A stretch of DNA of 64,000 bases from Eubacteriales bacterium. GTDB lineage: Bacteria; Bacillota; Clostridia; Oscillospirales; CAG-272. A model generated the notes under the pieces. That model saw only the letters and a program-made list of their open reading frames with translations, had not been told where the DNA came from and did not search any database. Location of the stretch: NCBI GenBank assembly GCA_045540755.1, contig JAZQHV010000082.1, forward strand, positions 125,750-189,749, given 5' to 3'. The translations under genes were made by a program, and so were the position numbers. Numbering within the stretch: position 1 is the stretch's first letter; every line of letters begins with the position of its first letter. Of the stretch, positions 56,201 through 64,000 are shown in pieces.

Positions 56201-58292
56201 CTAAGAGATAGAGATCGGTGTCAAAGTTGAAAACGTATTGGTTGTCTGCGGGATTGCCCAGTGAAAGCTGGGTCGCCACGGTAACGTCGCCTATGATCGA
56301 GACGGTCGCGCCCGCCTCTCCCGAAAAGTGGGAGTAGCTGGTGGAGCCCGCCTCCAAATACTTGGTATATACGTCGCCGCCCACGGTCAGCGTTGCTTTT
56401 CCGTAGGAGGTAATATCCACGGTGCGGTTGAAGCCGCGGATGGCATAGTAGGAGCCGCTTTTTACCGTGAGACAGGGATCGGCATGCGCCGCGCCGTCCA
56501 GCACCGCGCCCTCGCGGTAGCCACCGTAAACGATGATCTTTGTATTCTGTGTTCCGCTTATCGCATCGTTGCCCTGCATGGAGAGCCCCTCACCCATGGT
56601 GAGCGGATAGCCTCTGCCCGCCATGTCGATATAGGCACTCGAGGATGCCGATGCAAAGGTGAGGTCAGAGAACTCTGTCTCGCCGCTCATGTGGTACTGG
56701 TATACGCCGCTAAAGCGCAGTACCGCATCGGCATCCGCACCTTTTACCGTGATCTTTCCGTCGTGGAACGGTTCGACAAAAGCGGTTTCCTTGGTTCCGA
56801 TCCGATTCTTCGGTACGGTTACCGTGTCAACGATAACAATGGTACCGCCGTCTGTACCAAGTGCCTCGTAAGCGCGCGTCAGGGAGGCAAGCGGCTTACC
56901 CGCCGCCGAGCCGTCACCGCTTCCGCCGTCCGAAACGTAGACGGTGGTAAGATCTTTTGCAAGGGAAGTGCCACAAGCGGAGCAAACGCCATTTCCGCTA
57001 TCGGTATGCGCCGACACGCTTTGCATTTCGCCGCAGAGGCAAGCGAGTCCACAGCCGTTTTCGGTTACGGTACGCTCGGTATAGCTGTGCGTATGCATCC
57101 ATGCGAGCGTAGGCTCGTAGGGGTTGACCCATACGCCGCTTGTGTTGAGCGTTACAAAATCTCTGTATGCGTATTTATCCACGTTTGCGTAGATCTTGCC
57201 GACCGTGCCGCTTGTGTAGAAGTTTGGCAGAGAGGGGCGCATGGGCAGATAGCCGCCGAACACGCCGATCCTGTCACTGTCCGCAGGGCAGGAGACTGAG
57301 CAACGGCTGAGAGAGTAGCCAATGTTGCCGTAGACCTCGGTCACGCCGATCACGCCGCCGATGCCGTGCACGGTGGAGGTCACTTTACCAAGGTTTAAGC
57401 AGTCGGTCACGCCGCCCGCCCGTTTGAAGTAGCCGATGATGCCGCCCGCACCTGCGTTGCCGCTCGTTGCGGTGGAGGTGATGGCGGCGTAGTTGACACA
57501 TTCGGTCATGATGCGCGTAAGCGCGGTGTCTTCGCAGACGTCCTTGCCCTCAAAAAGTCCTGCGATGCCGCCCACGTTGCGTGCGCCCGTGACCGTACCG
57601 CGGTTGACACAGCGGTGGATCGCGATGGTACCGCGCGAGGAGGAGCCGCCGAGGATACCGCCCGCGCGCTCGTTCGTCGAGGTGAGCGAGATCGCGCCGT
57701 AATTGGTACAGCCTTGAACGGTCAGCGTGCCCGATGCGTCTGCGTAGCCGACGATACCACCAGCCTCGCGCACGGCGCTGACCGTGCCGCGATTGATACA
57801 GTTTTCGATGGTATAATCGCCGCTCTTAACACGGCCGACAATGCCCGCGACCGAGTTTTTGCCCGAAACGGTGCATTCGCTTGCGCAGTTTTCAATGTGC
57901 GCTCCGTCCAGCGCAAGTCCCGCGATACCGCCTGCATCGTTGGCGTCACCCGAGGAGACCGAGCCCTTGACAGTCAGATCCTTGACCGTGCCGTGCAGAA
58001 TGCCGAACAGGCCGCTGTACTGCCCGCCCTCAATTTTCAGACCGCTGATCGTGTATCCCGCGCCGTCGAAAACACCCGTAAACGGTGCACTTGCCGTCGG
58101 TGCGATGGGGGATTGTCCCGAAACGCCCGTCATGTCGATGTTTTTTGTCAGCGTATAGGTTGCTGTAAGATCGCTGAAATCTCCCGTGCCCTGCATCAGC
58201 GCGAGCAGATCGTCTGCGCTGTCAATATCAACGGCCGCCGCCGTCAGGCACAGGCAAAGCAAAGGTATCAGTATACATAAAAGTTTTCGCAT
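53247..58292 (-). CDS. 1681-aa secreted protein: GLUG-motif domain + beta-helix-like module + GH31 glycosidase + PA14 + Ig-like region + type-I dockerin
   Basis: GGAGG RBS and signal peptide MRKLLCILIPLLCLCLTAAA. GLUG-type repeats are present (SGLFG, GGIAG, AGIVGR...). GH31 motifs are IIIIDTEWK, DGWWYDRNW and RYGTQWTGD. PA14-like region AEYF...FAVRYTGKI...YIDG. Dockerin loops DVDLDGAVSVKD and DLTGDGKLTLID. Confidence 0.88.
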   Translation of the reverse strand: MRKLLCILIPLLCLCLTAAAVDIDSADDLLALMQGTGDFSDLTATYTLTKNIDMTGVSGQSPIAPTASAPFTGVFDGAGYTISGLKIEGGQYSGLFGILHGTVKDLTVKGSVSSGDANDAGGIAGLALDGAHIENCASECTVSGKNSVAGIVGRVKSGDYTIENCINRGTVSAVREAGGIVGYADASGTLTVQGCTNYGAISLTSTNERAGGILGGSSSRGTIAIHRCVNRGTVTGARNVGGIAGLFEGKDVCEDTALTRIMTECVNYAAITSTATSGNAGAGGIIGYFKRAGGVTDCLNLGKVTSTVHGIGGVIGVTEVYGNIGYSLSRCSVSCPADSDRIGVFGGYLPMRPSLPNFYTSGTVGKIYANVDKYAYRDFVTLNTSGVWVNPYEPTLAWMHTHSYTERTVTENGCGLACLCGEMQSVSAHTDSGNGVCSACGTSLAKDLTTVYVSDGGSGDGSAAGKPLASLTRAYEALGTDGGTIVIVDTVTVPKNRIGTKETAFVEPFHDGKITVKGADADAVLRFSGVYQYHMSGETEFSDLTFASASSSAYIDMAGRGYPLTMGEGLSMQGNDAISGTQNTKIIVYGGYREGAVLDGAAHADPCLTVKSGSYYAIRGFNRTVDITSYGKATLTVGGDVYTKYLEAGSTSYSHFSGEAGATVSIIGDVTVATQLSLGNPADNQYVFNFDTDLYLLDGKVTFTGTGMDYKQRERLSGLRIFVDPDSADAMDSYLRLFAGYGDEESALKEIPETAAIATTALPLQNGVYTYQKGALRVQILSDTVVRAEVAENGIFTDADTLMITGREEYTGTYTVSETVDGTVVLSTPAITVNIPADSERAEDVRIYDKNGALLYSLFTADKNALYSLLPSAADTPNSLVLFDNGILPPEEGLTYAGRTDATSGWSRNDHIDMYILLPRGDAKQLRTDFVTLTGRTMLSDIKTLGSWYSRWTTYTDEEKLAMIEKYRDRDVPLDIIIIDTEWKNTSQNGNDGDGTGYEYNTDLYPNMPSFLKKAEEAGVLVLFNDHTHKTSLKINDPAELKWQTEGIQKVMADGLDGWWYDRNWSYSVKTPFHDVTFETIGQKLYYDVMAAFHKENANGATKRVLMLSNVDWLLCGYRRGASSLISHRYGTQWTGDIYGDPTMLRREIKNMVFSGATGSSPYMSSDLGGFRNNDAVTENMFIRWMQFGAFSPVFRVHSSLGVKNEHYPWSYSEASEAIVRDFLHMRYHLIPFYYALARENYETGMPLARRLDFHYPDANADDTEYLLGRDILVAPYWSAAGEGNVVVPSSWLQTADGEEGLTAEYFITDCDIKAKGTVSGEKVLTETVPNVDFYWHRDSACGEQWDEEFAVRYTGKITPDVDCYLGIYADNGARVYIDGTLAVDGWDSHGLNTNLGDMLLKAGETHDLLIDYFEATGQAQVFFVYEPVQAKNTSVREVYIPEGEWIDVFTGETVTGPQTLNVTKGMETLPIYVRKGAILPASAVVSPMTGADWQTLSLNVYDVGNGACTLYEDDGATEDYMNGAYRKTEIASVADGNTVTVTLSAADGDFATDYAAREITLRFHSDKAVISATVNGASATVTRIIKDTAALPFADTGASPITDVYAVTFTAPTNAEHTVVLTVSDTAPAEGDVDLDGAVSVKDALLSLKALVKGENVIDLTGDGKLTLIDILRILRLATA

Positions 58293-58450
58293 GGCATATC
58301 CTCCGTTTGGACGTAGAGTTTTTCTACTTATATTATGGCAGAACTTGTCCGAAAAGTAAATCGTTTCTTTTAACACCATATTAAAAAATATTCACATTTT
58401 TTTGCTCTTTTTTCGAAAAATCCGCTCGGTAATTAAAAAAAATTAACATC

Positions 58451-58479
58451 TTGACGAAAAAACATCCGCATGCTACAAT
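58451..58479 (+). promoter_or_regulatory. Extended -10 promoter of the AraC gene
   Basis: TTGACG, a 17-nt spacer, then TGcTACAAT. Confidence 0.6.
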
Positions 58480-58501
58480 CAAAGCAAAGCGAGGTGTGCG
58501 T

Positions 58502-59272
58502 ATGGAATATCAATATCACCGCGACAAGGTGGAGTATTTTCACGTAGGCAGGTGCAATTGCTCGGAGCATTTTCACCGCTCGATCGAGTGGATCTATAAT
58601 ATCGAAACGCCCAAAACCGTGTTTGTCAGCGGAGAACGGTACGAGCTTGCCGCAGGGGATCTGTTGCTTGTTCCGCCGCTATATCCGCATTGCTTTCCGT
58701 TTTTGAAGGAGAATCGTTCTATCTGTGTGGTCATGCCCGTCACATACAGCGACGTGTATGAGCGCTACACAGAGGGGAAAATACCACAAACGCTGATTCT
58801 GCAAGCGGGAGCGGTCACGCAGGATATTTACGCACATTTTTTACAGCTTGCAGATTGCACTGACCCTTTGCTGAAACAGGGGATCTATACCTATACGCTT
58901 GCAAAGTTTCTGCAAAACGCCTCGTTTGCCGAGCCGGATAGCCACGAGAGGACGGACGTTTCTGCCGAGATCCTCCGCTACATTGAGCAGCACTATGCAG
59001 AGCGGCTCACGCAGGAGAGACTTGCCGCCGAATTCGGATATAACCGCAACTATTTTTCGGCGCTTTTCAAGCAACACGTACACACGGGCTTTTCTTCCTA
59101 TTTGAACGTTGTCCGCATCAACAAGGCAATCTCGCTGCTCGGTCGGTATACGACTGCCGAGATCGCCGAGCGTGTCGGCTTCGGAAACGTGCAGTCCTTT
59201 TATCAGAATTTTAAAAAAGTAACGGGTACCACGCCGTCCCTTTACCAAAAACAAGTAAAGCGCCAAAAGTAA
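58502..59272 (+). CDS. AraC-family transcriptional regulator
   Basis: Cupin-like N-domain plus a C-terminal double HTH (LAAEFGYNRNYFSALFK...IAERVGFGNVQSFYQNFKK). Confidence 0.85.
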   Translation: MEYQYHRDKVEYFHVGRCNCSEHFHRSIEWIYNIETPKTVFVSGERYELAAGDLLLVPPLYPHCFPFLKENRSICVVMPVTYSDVYERYTEGKIPQTLILQAGAVTQDIYAHFLQLADCTDPLLKQGIYTYTLAKFLQNASFAEPDSHERTDVSAEILRYIEQHYAERLTQERLAAEFGYNRNYFSALFKQHVHTGFSSYLNVVRINKAISLLGRYTTAEIAERVGFGNVQSFYQNFKKVTGTTPSLYQKQVKRQK

Positions 59273-59283
59273 CTTTGGCGCTT
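59259..59283. terminator. Hairpin shared by two convergent AraC genes
   Basis: AAGCGCCAAA-AGTAAC-TTTGGCGCTT. The plus-gene TAA lies in the loop, and the minus-gene stop abuts the stem. Confidence 0.6.
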
Positions 59284-60125
59284 TATGTTTTATTCTTCTT
59301 TTCGGCACATTGCTTTCGGTATTGATTCGGCGTTTGCCCCGTGATGCGGATAAACATCTTATAAAAGTAGGTATTGTCCAAGAATCCAAGGCTTTCGGCG
59401 ATCTCGCGCACCGAGATTTCGGTCGTACTGCGGAGAAGCTGTTGTGCTTTGCTGATCTTGATATGCGTACGGTACTGGATGGGTGTCATGCCCGTATATG
59501 CCTTGAACTCCTTGCGGAATGCCGATTCGCTGAGCAGACACATCTTGGCAAGCTCGGGCACGGACACGTCGTCGCGCACATGGTTATCGAGATAGAAGAC
59601 GGCGGGGAAGACTACGCTGGTTTCCTCACTCAGCATTTCCGGCAGGGTAATGCGGTTCGCAAGCTTGTCGAGTAGCTCGTAAAAAAGCGCACCTACGCGG
59701 ATGCAGGGGTGCTTTAAGTTTGTGCTCCTGTCTGCGATCTCTTGCATGCAGGTCACGATCTTTTTCGGCACGTCTCCCGTCAGACGGACGATCTTGTCCG
59801 CAAAGCAGAATTCCTCGCCTGCTGTGTTGCGGATGTCGAAATTGATGAGCAGATCCGAAAACGGCTCGACAGGTGCCAGAAATTCGATGAAATACTCACA
59901 GTATTTCGGAATATACAGGAGGTCGCCCTTTGAAAAGGTCTCCTCCGTATTGCTTTTGTAGCGGATGCGTACGCCGTCACAGCAGATGTACATGAAGCCG
60001 TGGTCCGAGCGCGGGTTGCCGATGAAGGTGTAGGTGCACTCCGTGGCGCTCCAGATCTGCGCCTGACCGCAGATGTCTCCGAACACGACGTCGCTTTCCA
60101 TTTCTTTTAAGGAAATCTTTTTCAT
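59283..60125 (-). CDS. AraC-family transcriptional regulator
   Basis: GGAGG RBS before MKKISLKE. C-terminal double HTH (LAKMCLLSESAFRKEFK...IAESLGFLDNTYFYKMF). The remaining ~515 N-terminal codons of the tracked 795-aa ORF are an antisense shadow. Confidence 0.85.
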   Translation of the reverse strand: MKKISLKEMESDVVFGDICGQAQIWSATECTYTFIGNPRSDHGFMYICCDGVRIRYKSNTEETFSKGDLLYIPKYCEYFIEFLAPVEPFSDLLINFDIRNTAGEEFCFADKIVRLTGDVPKKIVTCMQEIADRSTNLKHPCIRVGALFYELLDKLANRITLPEMLSEETSVVFPAVFYLDNHVRDDVSVPELAKMCLLSESAFRKEFKAYTGMTPIQYRTHIKISKAQQLLRSTTEISVREIAESLGFLDNTYFYKMFIRITGQTPNQYRKQCAEKKNKT

Positions 60126-60242
60126 AGTGCACCTCCTCTCCGTATAAGGGTATTGTATCAAAAACCTTTTCAAAAAACAATACGGAAAGCGGCAATTTTC
60201 GCAATTTAACCGAAAATGACAATACATAAACCGAAAAGTCCA

Positions 60243-60272
60243 TTGCCGATTTTCGCCCCGCAATGGTAAAAT
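60243..60272 (+). promoter_or_regulatory. Candidate extended -10 promoter, with upstream repeated ATTGCCGATTTTCG/CGGCAATTTTCGCAAT boxes
   Basis: TTGCCG, an 18-nt spacer, then TGgTAAAAT. Repeated boxes lie between 60185 and 60262. Confidence 0.45.
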
Positions 60273-60302
60273 AAAATAAAAACGCCCGAGGAGTGAAAAT
60301 AT

Positions 60303-62036
60303 ATGAGCTATACATTCAAAGTCACCGCCGTTACGACCTACGGCATCGAAAGGGAACTGATCCCCGCCATCGAGGAAAACGGCAATGCGATAAAGCTTGT
60401 CATCCGTCGCGAAACGCTGTGTAATCCGCGCTTTCAAACACTGAGGATCGAGTCCTCGCTGACCACTGCACACGCAGGGGACAAGGGATATATGTTCTAT
60501 CCAACCAACTTCTATTACGGCTTTGCGCTCACCCGCTTTGAGGAGCGCCCCAACACACTGTTCAAGACCTGGCCGACGGCTACGCTTGTCAGCGGTATTT
60601 GCGACAACGAGAACGCAGTATTCGTTCGCGTGGCAGGCGAGGAGTTTGACGGTCGCTTTGAGATTGAGTATAAGGACGGCGTGTACACCATCTGCCCGCA
60701 GTTCCGCTTTGACGGTGATGAGCCCGACGAGGACGTTGTGGTCATCTATACCAAAATGCCGAACGCAACGTACGTAGACATGGCAAAGCATTACCGCAAG
60801 TTCCAGATGGATTTCAAGGGCTGCAGACCGCTTCGTGAGCGTGCGGCAGAGCGCGAGGCACTCCGCCGTGCGGCAGATTGTTTGGAACTGCGTATCCGCA
60901 TGGGATGGAAGCCGATCCCCACGCCCGTCCGCCATCAGAACCTCGCGAACGAGCCCGAAATGTTCGTTGCCTGCGACGTGGAAAAGCTCAACAAGATCGT
61001 GGACAGCATGTACGCAAAGGGCATTCGCGGTGCGGAGATCTGCCTTGTCGGCTGGGGACCCGGCGGACACGACGGCCGCTTCCCGCAGCAGACTCCCTCG
61101 GATGAGCGCTACGGCACCGACAGCGAGTTCCGCCGCGCCATTGCCAGAGCGCAGAAACTCGGCTATCTCGTGGTCTGCCATACCGTGACCTGCGGCGCTT
61201 ATGAGATCGCTAACAACTTTGACCGCGATCTGCTCACCAAAAAGAAGGACGAAAACGGCGATCCGATCCCGTACGTCCGCGAGCATTACAAAAAGATGGG
61301 TCTCAACGGCGGTGAGCCGTACCATCTCTGTGCAAAGACGGCATATGAGAACTACGCCGTCAAGACCTTCCCCGAGGTGCGCGGCTACGGCTTCTACGGT
61401 CTGCATTACAACGACGAGCTGACGGCGATCATCCCCGAGAAGTGCTACGATTCCAACCATCCCTGCACGCGCAAGGAGGCGTGGGAATACCACCGCAAGG
61501 TCGCAAAGCTGTCCATTGACCTCTTCGGCGGCTATCAGTCCGAGGGCTATATGGACTACATGAACGAGTATGTCGACGCGGCGCTCTACATCGGCGTACA
61601 GTCCAAACTCACCCATGAGCAGAATCCGCTCTTTGACGAGGGCATTCCGTTCTGGCAGCTCGTTTATCACGGCATCATCCTGTCCAACCCCACCTCACAG
61701 ACGGTCAACTATCCCGTCAAGGACGAGTATCAGCACCTTAAGTTCCTCGAGTACGGCGGCCGTCCGGTCATGTACTTCTATTCCAAGTTCGGTGAGAGAC
61801 ACAACTGGATGGGCGACGACGATCTGCATTGTGCAAACGACGCCGAGATCGACGCGGCGACCGACGCCATCAAGCGTGCGTATGACGAATACGAGGCACT
61901 CAAGCACCTGCAATACGAGTTCATGGATAACCATGAAAAGCTTGCGGAGGGTGTGTATCGCACCACCTTCTCGGACGGTACGACCATCACAGTTGATTAC
62001 AACAAAGAGACTTACGAGATCAAAAAGGCAGAGTAA
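60303..62036 (+). CDS. Uncharacterised 577-aa cytoplasmic protein (DUF5696-like?), glycan-utilisation associated
   Basis: GAGGAG RBS, natural amino-acid composition and no signal peptide. Operonic with two GH43 genes. The family assignment is from memory only. Confidence 0.8.
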   Translation: MSYTFKVTAVTTYGIERELIPAIEENGNAIKLVIRRETLCNPRFQTLRIESSLTTAHAGDKGYMFYPTNFYYGFALTRFEERPNTLFKTWPTATLVSGICDNENAVFVRVAGEEFDGRFEIEYKDGVYTICPQFRFDGDEPDEDVVVIYTKMPNATYVDMAKHYRKFQMDFKGCRPLRERAAEREALRRAADCLELRIRMGWKPIPTPVRHQNLANEPEMFVACDVEKLNKIVDSMYAKGIRGAEICLVGWGPGGHDGRFPQQTPSDERYGTDSEFRRAIARAQKLGYLVVCHTVTCGAYEIANNFDRDLLTKKKDENGDPIPYVREHYKKMGLNGGEPYHLCAKTAYENYAVKTFPEVRGYGFYGLHYNDELTAIIPEKCYDSNHPCTRKEAWEYHRKVAKLSIDLFGGYQSEGYMDYMNEYVDAALYIGVQSKLTHEQNPLFDEGIPFWQLVYHGIILSNPTSQTVNYPVKDEYQHLKFLEYGGRPVMYFYSKFGERHNWMGDDDLHCANDAEIDAATDAIKRAYDEYEALKHLQYEFMDNHEKLAEGVYRTTFSDGTTITVDYNKETYEIKKAE

Positions 62037-62039
62037 AGT

Positions 62040-63386
62040 ATGCAAAATGATGCTTTCGGGGGCTATACCGGCCCCTTCCGCTCCATCCGACGTATCGGCG
62101 ACCCTTTTATGCTGTACGATGACGTGACCGCGCGGTACTATCTGTACTGCACGGGCGGCAAATATCAGTGTTGGTCGTCGGATACGCTGGAACACTGGAC
62201 GGCGCACGGAGATTCCTACCTCGTGACCGAAAAGTCCTTTGGAACCGTGAATTACTGGGCACCCGAGGTCTATAAGCGCGGGGACACCTACTATATGGTC
62301 TATTCCGCGGCGCGTATGCTCGGCGAGCAGAAGCGGCACAGCATCGGCATTGCCGCCTCCAAGTCGCCGACGGGTCCTTTTACCGATCTGTATGACCGTC
62401 CGCTGTTTGCGCCCGATTACAGCGTGATCGACGCAAGCCTACTCTTTGACGATGATGGCAGGGTATATCTCTATTACTCCCGCGATTGTTCGGAAAACTA
62501 CGTGGACGGCAAGCGTGTGAGCCAGACCTGCGCCATCGAGGTCGCGTCTGATTTCTCGGCTACGGTCGGCGAGCCCGTTCTGCTTGCAACGCCTACCTCT
62601 CCGTGGGAGCTTCTTTCGGGAAATACGCTTTGGAATGAGGGTCCTTGCGTATTCAAGCGAAATGGTGTATACTATCTTTTGTTCACGGCAAATTATTACG
62701 CTTCTGTGCATTATTGCGTGGGATACGCGACCTCGCTTTCGCCGTTCGGCCCGTTTATCAAGGCGGCAGAGAATCCGATCGTCGTCGGTGACGGTGTCTA
62801 TACCTCGGGCACAGGACACTGCAACGTGTGTCCCTCGCCCGATGGCAGTGAGCTGTACATGGTCTACCACTCCCACTCGGACGTGACCAATACCGAAAAC
62901 CCCGTTGCCGACCGCACGCCTTGTGTGGACAAAATGGTTTTTGATGCGGAAGGAAAACTCTCGGTCAATGGCCCGTTTGTGGTCAAGCAGCCGTACCCCT
63001 CGGGTACAAACGGTCTGTATCAGCGTAAGGGTGGCATTACGGTGGAAAGCAGCTTTGGCGGCGACCCCGCCTTCCTCACCGACGGTGCCATCGCGACCGA
63101 ACGGGTGTATCGCTTTGCCGGAAAGGGAAACATCAAGCTCACCTATAGCGAGCCTGTTTCTCTGGAAAGTCTTTGGCTGTACAGCGACAAAGACGGTAAT
63201 GCACCGAAAAGTGCGACCTTGTTTTTGAACGGAACACAAATCAGCGCGGCACAGACCTTTTCCGCGGAAAAGCCGTACACTCCCGCTGTTTTTTCGGTGG
63301 GATGCACGGCAAGAACCGTGGAGATCCTTCTCGACGGTGGAGAGGGCGCGTGCCTTAGCGAGATCATTACGGTGGAGAGAAAATGA
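62040..63386 (+). CDS. GH43-family glycoside hydrolase (intracellular paralog) with C-terminal beta-sandwich domain
   Basis: GDPFMLY, WAPEV, and SVIDASLLFDDDGRVYLYY five-bladed-propeller motifs. No signal peptide. Confidence 0.85.
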   Translation: MQNDAFGGYTGPFRSIRRIGDPFMLYDDVTARYYLYCTGGKYQCWSSDTLEHWTAHGDSYLVTEKSFGTVNYWAPEVYKRGDTYYMVYSAARMLGEQKRHSIGIAASKSPTGPFTDLYDRPLFAPDYSVIDASLLFDDDGRVYLYYSRDCSENYVDGKRVSQTCAIEVASDFSATVGEPVLLATPTSPWELLSGNTLWNEGPCVFKRNGVYYLLFTANYYASVHYCVGYATSLSPFGPFIKAAENPIVVGDGVYTSGTGHCNVCPSPDGSELYMVYHSHSDVTNTENPVADRTPCVDKMVFDAEGKLSVNGPFVVKQPYPSGTNGLYQRKGGITVESSFGGDPAFLTDGAIATERVYRFAGKGNIKLTYSEPVSLESLWLYSDKDGNAPKSATLFLNGTQISAAQTFSAEKPYTPAVFSVGCTARTVEILLDGGEGACLSEIITVERK

Positions 63387-64000
63387 AAAGAATTCTTGTA
63401 ACATTTCTGCTTGCAAGCCTGCTCGTTTTGTCGCTCGGTGCGGCAGAACTTACCGAAATTGCGGACACCCGTCTGGATGCGGCCGCGTATTTTCAAAGCC
63501 CGTATAAGCAGATCACGGGTATCGGCGACCCGTTTATCCTCTATGAGGAGTCCTCGGGAATCTATTATATGTATTGCACGGGCGGCTACTTCAAGTGTTG
63601 GACGTCGACCGACCTTACGGCTTGGACGCCGCTTGGACACACCTATGCTTTGACGGAAAAGTCCTTTGCCGATCAGAATTTCTGGGCGCCTGAGGTCTAT
63701 AAGCACGACGGTGCGTACTACATGGTCTATTCTGCGGCACGCATGATTGGTGGGCAGAAGCGACACAGCATCGGCATTGCGAAGGCGGATTCGCCCGCAG
63801 GACCGTTTATTGATCTGTACGATCATCCGCTCTATGCACCCGATTACAGCGTGATCGATGCCAATCTGCTCTTTGACGATGACGGAAAGATCTATCTTTT
63901 CTATTCCCGCGATTGCTCGGAGAACGTTGTAAACGGACACAAGACCAGCCAAAGTTTCGGTATTGAGGTCAAACCCGACTTTTCGGGCACGATCGGTGAG
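63383..64000 (+). CDS. GH43-family glycoside hydrolase (secreted paralog), 3'-partial at the window end
   Basis: Not in the ORF track because there is no stop before the window edge. My own translation is MKRILVTFLLASLLVLSLGAAELTE...GDPFILYEE...FWAPEVYKHDGAYYMVYSAARM...SVIDANLLFDDDGKIYLFY. ATGA overlap with the upstream stop. Confidence 0.85.
   Translation, partial: MKRILVTFLLASLLVLSLGAAELTEIADTRLDAAAYFQSPYKQITGIGDPFILYEESSGIYYMYCTGGYFKCWTSTDLTAWTPLGHTYALTEKSFADQNFWAPEVYKHDGAYYMVYSAARMIGGQKRHSIGIAKADSPAGPFIDLYDHPLYAPDYSVIDANLLFDDDGKIYLFYSRDCSENVVNGHKTSQSFGIEVKPDFSGTIGE

Noticed and set aside
60126-61670. The N-terminal ~515 codons of the tracked 795-aa minus-strand ORF (59283-61670).
   Set aside because: Only the last 280 codons (59283-60125) form an AraC regulator with its own GGAGG RBS. 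The remainder is antisense to the well-supported 60303-62036 gene and crosses an obvious intergenic promoter region.

Overview
This is a 64-kb chromosomal segment from a high-GC Gram-positive anaerobe. It is probably Clostridia, Oscillospiraceae/Ruminococcaceae-like, judged from AGGAGG-type RBSs, strong hairpin/T-run terminators, dockerin modules and AdhE; the taxon cannot be proven from this sequence. I support 49 protein genes, one tRNA-Ser(GGA), one lysine riboswitch, and several promoters, operators and terminators.

Housekeeping blocks:
- An L-box-controlled dapA-dapB-lysA operon plus an untracked 54-aa ORF.
- topB.
- adhE.
- A complete nine-gene F1Fo ATP synthase operon, atpIBEFHAGDC.

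Accessory content lies between these blocks:
- Five large secreted enzymes end in type-I dockerins. Their catalytic modules are an M14 peptidase, an SGNH hydrolase, an alpha/beta esterase, an NPP-type phosphodiesterase with a lectin-like domain, and a 1.68-kaa GLUG+GH31+PA14 protein.
- Two adjacent surface proteins share an unusual C-terminal motif-TM-KKKK tail.
- A 1050-aa DUF5107/TPR-like protein sits under a sugar-sensor/LuxR hybrid regulator.
- A redox/dehydratase gene cluster contains an inverted pair of paralogous dehydrogenases.
- A GH43/AraC locus.
- An AT-rich RHH + SLOG(DUF1273) islet.
- tRNA-Ser-associated repeat scars.

I found no CRISPR array, transposase, integrase or recognisable defence system.

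The best candidates for something undescribed:
- (a) The dockerin-versus-TM-tail surface-display repertoire, built from a recurring uncharacterised beta-helix-like module.
- (b) The shared C-terminal sorting-signal-like tail.
- (c) The regulator/DUF5107/surface-protein locus.

All family names come from motif recognition by eye. No database search was run.
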